Of a stretch of 64,000 bases of DNA, positions 38,386 through 46,774 are shown piece after piece (positions within the stretch are counted from its first letter, which is position 1; every line of letters begins with the position of its first letter). Source of the DNA: a virus; the IMG/VR virus record IMGVR_UViG_3300031772_000002, positions 32,001 through 96,000 of that record. One strand, written 5' to 3'. Under the pieces are notes generated by a model. It had not been told where the DNA came from. It was given only the letters and a program-made list of their open reading frames with translations, and made no database searches. Position numbers and translations under genes: made by a program.

Positions 38386-38595
38386 TTAAATAGGAAGGCG
38401 CCATTTAATATCATGAAAAACTATTTTTAAATAATTTTTTTTAGATAAAAATGGAATTTTGTATATATAACCTATTTCAATATCCCACCAATAATGCCAA
38501 GCTAATAGTTCTCCGCAATCGGAGCATTTTAACCATTTGCGTTGATTAAATAACAATTTTTTTATTTTTTGTTTAAATTGTACATATTTTATCAT
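38386..38595 (-). CDS. Hypothetical protein
   Basis: Overlapping operon; CSDCG; start uncertain. Confidence 0.45.
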   Translation of the reverse strand: MIKYVQFKQKIKKLLFNQRKWLKCSDCGELLAWHYWWDIEIGYIYKIPFLSKKNYLKIVFHDIKWRLPI

Positions 38596-38752
38596 TCTTG
38601 CTACACCTTCCATTTATCGTTTTTGATAAACAATCTTTTTGTTTATCACATGTAGGCATATTAATAGTTTCATTAATTAAAGAACAGTATTCGGCAGTGT
38701 CTTTATGGCGACATTTGTTGTATTGAATACATTTAACGTCAGTGCATTTCAT
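38573..38752 (-). CDS. Small Cys-rich protein
   Basis: GGAGG RBS; multiple Cys. Confidence 0.5.
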   Translation of the reverse strand: MKCTDVKCIQYNKCRHKDTAEYCSLINETINMPTCDKQKDCLSKTINGRCSKNDKICTI

Positions 38753-38776
38753 AAAAACCTCCAACATTAATTTTAT

Positions 38777-39112
38777 TTAAAAAGAATAATCATAATATTC
38801 ATTTCTATATCCTATTGAAAGATAGGAGCCACCTTTTGATTTCCAACCATTTTTAGTTAGTCTAAATATTTTTTTTTCATTATTTGTATTTACAAAATAT
38901 TTATATTCTTGAACTTCAGATATTCCGTTATTATCGGTACGAACAGAGTCATCGTATTGAAAAACAATTTTATTTTTTAAAACTTCAACTATAGTTCCGG
39001 CTCTTCTGTCCGTATAAAGACATTCGGTTGCCCCTGTATTGATTTCAATTTTTTTAGGAAATTTTTCAGTTAATATAACATTAACTAAAGATCCGGCATT
39101 TTTTAAATTCAT
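38777..39112 (-). CDS. Phage hypothetical protein
   Basis: AAGGAG RBS; GAT..TDR.AGTI..GYR.EYYDYSF. Confidence 0.7.
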   Translation of the reverse strand: MNLKNAGSLVNVILTEKFPKKIEINTGATECLYTDRRAGTIVEVLKNKIVFQYDDSVRTDNNGISEVQEYKYFVNTNNEKKIFRLTKNGWKSKGGSYLSIGYRNEYYDYSF

Positions 39113-39148
39113 TACATCTCCTTTAAAAAGTAAATAATGTATATATTA

Positions 39149-39177
39149 ATTATGTCATATTTTTTAAAAGAATAACA
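39149..39177 (-). promoter_or_regulatory. Conserved early-type promoter opening the island
   Basis: TGTTAT-N17-CATAAT, TG-extended. Confidence 0.6.
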
Positions 39178-39250
39178 TTATTATTAATATAATTGCATTT
39201 TTAATAGAAATCAATTATATTTCTATATAAAATCTATAAAAGGAGGAAGT

Positions 39251-40042
39251 GTGATTGAACAAAAACCAAAACCATCAGGTGTATTTTCAAAACCAAATAT
39301 TCAATTATCTAATTCTGAACAACCAAGTAATTTAAAATCAGAATCAGAAATAAAAAAAGTTGATTTTAAAGAACCGTCACTTAATAACGAAACAAGTAAA
39401 TCAATAATTAATAAAACCGATACGACATCTGAAGATAATAAAACTTATGACGATATCGAAAAAATAAATAAAAATTTCGATAAAGGTTTGGATGATTCGT
39501 TGTATGATGATATTGATGTTAATTCCGATGATCTTAAAATAGCGGAAAAAATTTTATTTGATGGATATGCCGAAACTGATGTTTCTATTGCTAATTTTCC
39601 TGATAATAAATTTACAATATGTTCTACAAGTGCAGAAGAGATAGATTTGATACAAGAAATAATATTTGATATTTGTAAAGAACATGAAACTAATGATGAT
39701 AGGATAGACATGCCTCAAACAAATATACGAGCTATGAATAATGCTTTATTTATAGCGATATCATATAGAGGAATGAATAAAAAAGAGTTATGTGAAAATC
39801 CTATAGAACATTTAAATACTATTAAAAAAGCTATTATTAAAGTTGATTCATTTATTAATGATGGCAATATAAAAGCTGCCAAAGAATTAAAAGATAGTTT
39901 AAAAAAATCATTACGAAATAGAGTTTCTAAAGTAAGAAGACTTTCTACCCCTGTCATTGATTTTATTTCTAATGAAAAAAATAAATTTGATAAAAAAATA
40001 TCTAAAATATTTTCAATGAAGAATATTATCCCAAAATCATAG
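39251..40042 (+). CDS. Tail assembly chaperone (gpG-like)
   Basis: AGGAGG RBS; ends in slippery C CCA AAA; upstream of tape measure. Confidence 0.65.
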   Translation: MIEQKPKPSGVFSKPNIQLSNSEQPSNLKSESEIKKVDFKEPSLNNETSKSIINKTDTTSEDNKTYDDIEKINKNFDKGLDDSLYDDIDVNSDDLKIAEKILFDGYAETDVSIANFPDNKFTICSTSAEEIDLIQEIIFDICKEHETNDDRIDMPQTNIRAMNNALFIAISYRGMNKKELCENPIEHLNTIKKAIIKVDSFINDGNIKAAKELKDSLKKSLRNRVSKVRRLSTPVIDFISNEKNKFDKKISKIFSMKNIIPKS

Positions 40043-40332
40043 GGACCGGAACAGGCGCAGCTCGTGCATATTTTTTATTTAAAGGTTTAAAATTTGAATA
40101 TGATTCGATATTAGAAAGTATAGCTATATCAGTTTACTCAAGAGAAAAACAAATTCAATATATGGCTCCTTTATTTTCTATAGCCGGTCCAGATGATAAA
40201 ATGCGCCTAATGAATTCATATCATAGTTGTGTATTTCCTGAAGATAAATTTAACGATGAGTTGTATTTAAAGAAAGTCAAAAGCACAATGGAAAGATTGC
40301 GCAATATAGAATTTGTAGTTAAACCAATTTAA
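40030..40332 (+). CDS. -1 frameshift extension (gpGT-like) of the tail chaperone
   Basis: Heptamer CCCAAAA 40030-40036; -1 frame open for 98 codons (IIGTGTGAARAYF...VVKPI*) with no own RBS/start at its 5' end. Confidence 0.7.
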   Translation, partial: PKIIGTGTGAARAYFLFKGLKFEYDSILESIAISVYSREKQIQYMAPLFSIAGPDDKMRLMNSYHSCVFPEDKFNDELYLKKVKSTMERLRNIEFVVKPI

Positions 40333-40341
40333 AGGAGGCAT

Positions 40342-40971
40342 ATGAAAGAAAAAATAGCGGCTTTTATGCATTACTTATGGATTGCACGGATGGAATATTT
40401 ATTATCAATGATTGAAGAAATTGATAAAATTTCAATACTTGATGAAAATGAAACTTCTTATACAATTATTAAACAAAATATAATTAATAATTGGAAAAAA
40501 TTAATGGAGACCGATTATAACGACCTTGATGAAGAACAAAAAGAATATAATCGTAATCAAGCCGATACATTATTTAAATATATTATTGAAATAGAAAAAG
40601 ATAGAGAAAATTCTGATGATAATATTGAAAGTGAAAATGGTAATCAAGAAAAAAACCAACTTCTTGAAAAAATTACATTTGGAGAAAAAATTAAAAGTTT
40701 AAGAATTAAAAATAATATAGACCAATCATCACTTGCTGAAATTATTGGCGTTACTCAAAGCGCCATATCACAATTTGAAAATAATATAAGAATACCATCA
40801 GAAGAAAATATTATGAAGTTATCTGAAATATTTAATAATGAATTAGAACTTGATGATATTCCTGAATCAAATTTTATTAAATGTATGAGATTTTTTAAAA
40901 CATTAAATCAAAAACAAATTTCATTATTATATGATGTTGCATGTCAATTTAAAATTTCTAATGGAAATTAG
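40342..40971 (+). CDS. XRE-type HTH regulator with N-terminal RyR-repeat-like module
   Basis: FGEKIKSLR..Q..LAE.IGV.QSAISQFEN..R.P; N-terminal Y.DL.EEQKEYNR.QA. Confidence 0.7.
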   Translation: MKEKIAAFMHYLWIARMEYLLSMIEEIDKISILDENETSYTIIKQNIINNWKKLMETDYNDLDEEQKEYNRNQADTLFKYIIEIEKDRENSDDNIESENGNQEKNQLLEKITFGEKIKSLRIKNNIDQSSLAEIIGVTQSAISQFENNIRIPSEENIMKLSEIFNNELELDDIPESNFIKCMRFFKTLNQKQISLLYDVACQFKISNGN

Positions 40972-40974
40972 TTT

Positions 40975-41184
40975 ATGGATAAATGCGATAAGTGTGGAGT
41001 TATTCTTATAGATAAAAGAAAAAGAAAATTAAGAAGCTGCGCTCATTATCCTATAATTATTGAACAAGATAATAGAAAATGTATAATTTCATTTGGTTCA
41101 GATAAAAATAGGATAAATATTAAAACATCTAATAATTTTAATACATGTTTTAATAGTTTAATTTTAAATAAGGAGGAATTGTGA
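40975..41184 (+). CDS. Hypothetical protein
   Basis: CDKCG..CAHYP. Confidence 0.5.
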   Translation: MDKCDKCGVILIDKRKRKLRSCAHYPIIIEQDNRKCIISFGSDKNRINIKTSNNFNTCFNSLILNKEEL

Positions 41185-41435
41185 TTGATATAATAATAAA
41201 TATTGATGAAACTAAAATTAAAAGATGGGGAGCTATTTATATTGATTCTTTTGTTGTAAATAAAGGAACGATGAATTTTGGAAATGTATTAACTCCTGGA
41301 TATGAATTTATAAATATTGAAAAATTTCCCGCTTTATCATTTAAAATTCAATCTAGTAACAAAAATAAGCAACCTAATCTTATTTTAAATTCAAATGCTA
41401 CTAAATTAAATAATAAAAAAAATAAAAAAAAATAA
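41181..41435 (+). CDS. Hypothetical protein
   Basis: AGGAGG RBS, GTG start. Confidence 0.55.
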   Translation: MIDIIINIDETKIKRWGAIYIDSFVVNKGTMNFGNVLTPGYEFINIEKFPALSFKIQSSNKNKQPNLILNSNATKLNNKKNKKK

Positions 41436-41484
41436 AAAGACAATAACTTAAATTGTTTATAATTAAATAATTTATATTTATACA

Positions 41485-41763
41485 ATGTATAACAATTCAT
41501 TTAATGAATATTCAAATTTAAAAATTGTTCCATTCCCTGTATTTCAAGCCCATTGCGGGGAAAGGAAATTTATTTATTCCGGTAAGCCTGGAAATTTTCA
41601 TGTAAATTGTAGTATTGATGGTAGTCCTAATAAATGCAATGGATTGGTATGTCCTGTATGGAATTCCAATCGTGTTAGAGATATTATTGAAAGTCAATCT
41701 TTACGTGATATTAATATTGCCCTTAAATTAAAAGGTGAAAATGGTAATGAACTAAAAATATAA
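41485..41763 (+). CDS. Hypothetical protein
   Basis: TATATT 7 nt upstream of ATG, possibly leaderless. Confidence 0.5.
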   Translation: MYNNSFNEYSNLKIVPFPVFQAHCGERKFIYSGKPGNFHVNCSIDGSPNKCNGLVCPVWNSNRVRDIIESQSLRDINIALKLKGENGNELKI

Positions 41764-42021
41764 TTAAAATATTTAATAGCTAAAAAAAATAATGCCATAT
41801 CAATAATATTAATTGAATATGGCATTTTTTCTTGAGCCAAGCCCTGAGACTCAAGAATTAAAAAAAAGATATATATGAGAGTAGCCATAGGAGTATGGAT
41901 GGCTTACTCTCACAATATATCAATATTAGGTACTCCTCACAAGTACCTAAAATGAATTTTGCTATATAAAATGTAGGATATAATTTTTGGACCATGCCAA
42001 TAAAATTATACCCTACAACTG

Positions 42022-42351
42022 TTACGCAGCCTTTTCCTTCTTTTCCCTCAGCAAAGGAGCCACATGTTTCGCCAGTTCAGCGTACTGATCATTTAGCAGC
42101 TTATGCGAGTCGTCTACTGCTTTTTTTTCCAAATTTCTTTCTGCAATGTCCTCTTTTTCTACTGCGATTTTAAACTTCGCGATGGCTTTTGGGACATCGC
42201 TTCCTGCCTTATCAACAATATCTTTCAAGAATTTTTGTAAATTCTCTTCGTCAATAAGTGGTTTTGCAAAATTTTTACCAACTGCAACCCCTGCCATAAA
42301 TCCAACCGTTCCTGCTCCGACACCAACTGCAACATGCGTTAAGATACTCAT
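42022..42351 (-). CDS. Membrane-anchored hypothetical protein (Gly-rich N-terminal helix)
   Basis: AGGAG RBS; behind promoter 42428-42456. Confidence 0.7.
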   Translation of the reverse strand: MSILTHVAVGVGAGTVGFMAGVAVGKNFAKPLIDEENLQKFLKDIVDKAGSDVPKAIAKFKIAVEKEDIAERNLEKKAVDDSHKLLNDQYAELAKHVAPLLREKKEKAA

Positions 42352-42427
42352 AACTACTCCTTTTAAAAAAAATTAAATAACTATCCTCCATTTAGAGGTT
42401 GGTTAACATTTTAAACTGTACATTATA

Positions 42428-42456
42428 GTTATACCAGTTTTTTTTCAAAAATAACA
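42428..42456 (-). promoter_or_regulatory. Conserved early-type promoter
   Basis: TGTTAT-N17-TATAAC with TGG extension. Confidence 0.7.
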
Positions 42457-42563
42457 TGTTTAATGATTGTTTCGACTGTATACTATAATTGTTGAGGAAG
42501 ATGTGTTTTTGTTGTATATTATCTATATATAATCATTTTAATAATTTACCAAGGTGAACATAA

Positions 42564-45500
42564 ATGCCAATACCTGAAGAAGGAATAGGTCCGGTAAATT
42601 ACGCCCGTCCTGAGATGAATCCCTTTGCAGCTCTTGATAACACTATTAGATATAACGATATGATTAAAAATCAAATCATATCTCAATATCAACAAAATGC
42701 TATTAGTCCTGCTTCATTATCTATGCAGCAACAAAGAATGGTTGCTACTGATCCTAAATATCAATATGGAGTTGAAGGTGGTCAAGATACCAGAACATAC
42801 CAAAGAAATGCAGAACTTGCTAAGATGTCATATAGCTCAATGGCTGCAAATGCTACTTTAGGAATGGCAACATATGGTATTGCATCTCCTTTTGGAGCCG
42901 TAGCGTCAACATTTTTAAAAACAACTGCTTTAAGATATGTTCCTTTTGCTCCAACCATTTTAGGCGGGATGGCGCTTCCAATGGCCGCTGCTGCAGCCCT
43001 TGCATATATTCCTGGAAAAGCTATTAACCAAGCGGTAGAGCGTCAAAGGTTTATTCATTCAACAGCTTCTGATATTGAACAATACAGAGAGGGTCTTGGA
43101 TTTAATTCTCCATTAGGGATTGGTTCAGCAACTAATCTTGCTGAAAGTTTACAAAGAACAATGTATCAAGGCGGTTTTTTTAATACTGAACAACAATCAA
43201 GAATTCATAAAATTGGTTTATCAAATAATATGATTTCATCCCGTGGAGGAAAGGCGGGAGGAACTATTCAACAGTATGAAAAGAATTTTATTGAATTGAG
43301 AGATACTACTGCTGAAGTTGTTAAATTGTTAAAAACTACTATAGAGGGCGGAATGTCTGTAATGAAAGAACTGCAACAGTCAGGCTTCTCTGTAGGGGCT
43401 ATTAAAGGCCAAATAAGACAGGCTAAAGCTTTTGGCAATCTAACAGGTCTTGGTTCACAAAACATGCTACAAATAGGCGCCGCCGGAGCCGCATCAGTAC
43501 AGGGAACTCCATGGTCAGCTTCAGTTGGAGCATCAATGTATCAATCAGGAGCAGCTCAAGCTGCCACTATTGCAAATGCCAATAGATCTGGAGCTTATGC
43601 AGTACAGAGAGTTGGAGGAACTGCCGCTGCAGGAGCAATGATAGCTACAGCACAAATGAATGTATTATCATCAGGTCTTGGAACTCGTGGGGTCGCGTAT
43701 GCGATGAATACAAATGGGACTATTGATAATTCTCGAATGGCTAGATTATTATCAGGAAAAGCAAGTGCTTATGAAATAGAATCAGGAGCAAGTCAACGAG
43801 GGTATGGAATGGGGATATCCGGTAGAGCATTGTTTGAACGTAATAAAGAAGATTTTTTAAATAATCTATCAGACGAAGGCCGGGTTGCAATGACCCAGCA
43901 ATTATTTCAAAAATGGGGAACCCAAAGATATGGTACTGAAGAAGCTAAAGCATGGGTTTTTGCAGGAAAATATACGAATGATATTCGGGAACAAAGGCTT
44001 TTATCAGAATCTTTATTAAGACCTAAAGGTTTTGATAGAATGATGGCTGAAAATGAAGCTGTTACGGCTGGATTGCAATTAAAAGGATCAAGAAGGGATT
44101 TTCTTCCAACCCCTTCAATAATGACAAGATTTGGAGAAAGAACATTATATGAATCTCAAAGAATTACTGCAGGTATTGGAAGTGTGTTTGCATTGCCTGA
44201 ACAGGCTTTTAATTATGTAAGAGATTTAACTCCATTTGCAAAAACTCCTTATGTAAATTTAGAAACTATTACCAGAAATAAATATGGACTTAATGTTAAT
44301 TTACAAGCAGGTATGGCAGAACGTTTATCAGGATTAACCACTAAGGATATCTCAGAAATACCAACCATTCCTCGTATAAAAAATCTTAAAGCTGAAACTG
44401 GAATGGATTTAGAAAAAATGTTATCTGTAGGGGTCATAAAAACTAAAGTAAACATTTATGGAAGGCAATCACAACAATATGGAGGAACAGGAGGGGCGTT
44501 ACCTATAATTGGACAAAAAGATGTTTATACAAATAAAGGATCAACCTCTGAAGAAATGCAAATTGTATTTGATGCTATAAATAATCAATTATATGGAGAT
44601 GGAACTAATTGGACAAAAAATCGTAAAGTTCGTAAAATAAGTGGAGTTAAAGAACTTTCTGATGAAGAGGCTCGTAAGGCTGGAGAAACTGCTTTATCTA
44701 CAGCAGGAGCAAGTCAACAAGCGACAAGTTATAAATTTAATAATGCTCAATCAATATTATCTACTGCTCTTGAAAAAGCCCCAGGATTAACTTTAAAAGC
44801 AGTTTCAGATTATGAAAGACAATTACGTTCAGCTTACAGAGAAGGCAAGCCGTTAGATAAAGGAATTATTGCGGAAGGATTAACTACAGATTTACAAAGA
44901 AAAGTTCTTACTAAATTTGAAGCAGAAATTGCAAATGTAAAAACTAAAGATCTTTCTACACTTCAAGGAAAAGTATTTGATGTAAAACGTATTAAAAAAG
45001 AAGCTACTGAACAAATATATAGTGAAGGTTTAGGGTTTAAAATGGAATTTGTAACATCACAAAGTCAGTTTGGTGGTGGTTCTATGCAAGAAACTAAAGA
45101 AACTACTAAATCTAAAAAATTGATGGAAAGAATTGTTGGTTCTAATTTAGATACTCCTCAAAAGCAAGAAGAGGGTTTAAAAAAATTATTAGCCATAACA
45201 GATATGGCCGAACAAAAACTTGATGGTGGAGTTGCATTTAGAAATCTTGCAAAAAAATTAGAAATGACTACTACAGAATTAGAAAAGAAACGTAATCAGT
45301 GGCAAAAAACAGTATCTACTGTTATTGATGCAAAAGATGTAAAACTTGCATATGCTGAAGTACAAGTACCTGGGGCTTTTCGTATTCAGGAACATATAAG
45401 AAAAAATCAACCTGAAGTTTCCAGGGCTTCAATTAATACGGCTGGTGCATTTGTTAGAGGAGCATTGTCATTTGCTGAATTAAAAAAATCACCTGATGCT

Positions 45501-45884
45501 CTTGAAGCTTTACTTTCTTCATCAATAATGGGAAGAGAAACCTTTATGGCTGCAGGAGTTGCTGGAACTTTACCTGTAGCTTTAGTGACAGGAGATACTG
45601 AAGTTGCTAAAAAAGTTACCAGAGATATGGAAAGAAGAAGATATATTGAAGAAACTCTTAAATGGACAGAGGCAGTAAAAACAGGAGGAAAAAGTCTTAA
45701 ATTAGAAAAGGGTGAAACAAAATTAACTACTCAAGAAATATTAATGAATAAAGAAATGGCAATATCACAACAACATGAATTTGAATCTAATCCTTCATAT
45801 TCTGAATCTAGTCGTGATAAAACTAATTATGCAAATGTACAACCTCCAATATTAAATTATTGGAATAATAAGTGGGTTTTATAA
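42564..45884 (+). CDS. Tape measure protein
   Basis: 1106 aa, A/G/Q-rich helical with hydrophobic segments; after chaperone, before baseplate. Confidence 0.7.
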   Translation: MPIPEEGIGPVNYARPEMNPFAALDNTIRYNDMIKNQIISQYQQNAISPASLSMQQQRMVATDPKYQYGVEGGQDTRTYQRNAELAKMSYSSMAANATLGMATYGIASPFGAVASTFLKTTALRYVPFAPTILGGMALPMAAAAALAYIPGKAINQAVERQRFIHSTASDIEQYREGLGFNSPLGIGSATNLAESLQRTMYQGGFFNTEQQSRIHKIGLSNNMISSRGGKAGGTIQQYEKNFIELRDTTAEVVKLLKTTIEGGMSVMKELQQSGFSVGAIKGQIRQAKAFGNLTGLGSQNMLQIGAAGAASVQGTPWSASVGASMYQSGAAQAATIANANRSGAYAVQRVGGTAAAGAMIATAQMNVLSSGLGTRGVAYAMNTNGTIDNSRMARLLSGKASAYEIESGASQRGYGMGISGRALFERNKEDFLNNLSDEGRVAMTQQLFQKWGTQRYGTEEAKAWVFAGKYTNDIREQRLLSESLLRPKGFDRMMAENEAVTAGLQLKGSRRDFLPTPSIMTRFGERTLYESQRITAGIGSVFALPEQAFNYVRDLTPFAKTPYVNLETITRNKYGLNVNLQAGMAERLSGLTTKDISEIPTIPRIKNLKAETGMDLEKMLSVGVIKTKVNIYGRQSQQYGGTGGALPIIGQKDVYTNKGSTSEEMQIVFDAINNQLYGDGTNWTKNRKVRKISGVKELSDEEARKAGETALSTAGASQQATSYKFNNAQSILSTALEKAPGLTLKAVSDYERQLRSAYREGKPLDKGIIAEGLTTDLQRKVLTKFEAEIANVKTKDLSTLQGKVFDVKRIKKEATEQIYSEGLGFKMEFVTSQSQFGGGSMQETKETTKSKKLMERIVGSNLDTPQKQEEGLKKLLAITDMAEQKLDGGVAFRNLAKKLEMTTTELEKKRNQWQKTVSTVIDAKDVKLAYAEVQVPGAFRIQEHIRKNQPEVSRASINTAGAFVRGALSFAELKKSPDALEALLSSSIMGRETFMAAGVAGTLPVALVTGDTEVAKKVTRDMERRRYIEETLKWTEAVKTGGKSLKLEKGETKLTTQEILMNKEMAISQQHEFESNPSYSESSRDKTNYANVQPPILNYWNNKWVL

Positions 45885-46771
45885 TGAGTTTAAAATCAAT
45901 TCAATACGCATCTAATTTAGAAGAATTGTTACGTCCATATAATACAGGATTGGTTCCTCATAATCATAATCTTGCTTCAATTGTTTTATATACTAATGAA
46001 GAACAGGATTATGATCTTTTTAGAGATCACACTAAAGAATATGATTATTTTGATAATTTAAATGAATATGTTTCACAACTTGAAACTGCTGCTATTACAC
46101 AAGGAGGGAATATACAGCCTGATAATATTTCATCAGGTAAAGTTCCAATTATAAATCTTGATAATAATCCTAGTCATGTTAAAAATTCTCCTTCCCGTCC
46201 TTATTATGGAGTGTTTAATAATTTTTCTTTAATTAAAGTTACTGAGCAATTTGGAGAAATTGTTAAAGTGCAACAAAATTTTACAGAAGGATGGAATGCT
46301 TTTTTCTTTGGAGAAAAACCGATAATATTTAGTTTTAACGGAATATTTATTGATAGTAAAGACTATCCGTATTATCAGGAATTTATGATTGCATATGGAA
46401 AATATTTAGCAGGAAGAAAATGTGTTGAAAATAAAATGCAGATGAAAATTATATTTGATGGTAAAATAGTTGATGGATATATGATTAGTATAATGACCAG
46501 TTCTGATGCTCAAAATGAATTAATAAAATCTTTTGAATTTAGTGTTCTTGTTAGAAATGTAAAATGGGTAAGAATGAATTTAATTAAAGTAAAAAGTGGA
46601 AATGGAGATGATATTAGGTATCAGGAAGAGCTTAATGGATTGACAAATCAATATAGATATATAGATCCTTCATTTGTTGATAAACTTAATATGGTCGATC
46701 CTGTAGGAAATAAAAATATACAATATCCAGGTAATGTCAATACCATCAATGATACAGGATCAATAGCATAA
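45884..46771 (+). CDS. Putative baseplate hub/tube-initiator protein
   Basis: TAATG coupling to TMP; FFFGEKP..F.G..D motif. Confidence 0.5.
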   Translation: MSLKSIQYASNLEELLRPYNTGLVPHNHNLASIVLYTNEEQDYDLFRDHTKEYDYFDNLNEYVSQLETAAITQGGNIQPDNISSGKVPIINLDNNPSHVKNSPSRPYYGVFNNFSLIKVTEQFGEIVKVQQNFTEGWNAFFFGEKPIIFSFNGIFIDSKDYPYYQEFMIAYGKYLAGRKCVENKMQMKIIFDGKIVDGYMISIMTSSDAQNELIKSFEFSVLVRNVKWVRMNLIKVKSGNGDDIRYQEELNGLTNQYRYIDPSFVDKLNMVDPVGNKNIQYPGNVNTINDTGSIA

Positions 46772-46774
46772 ACT

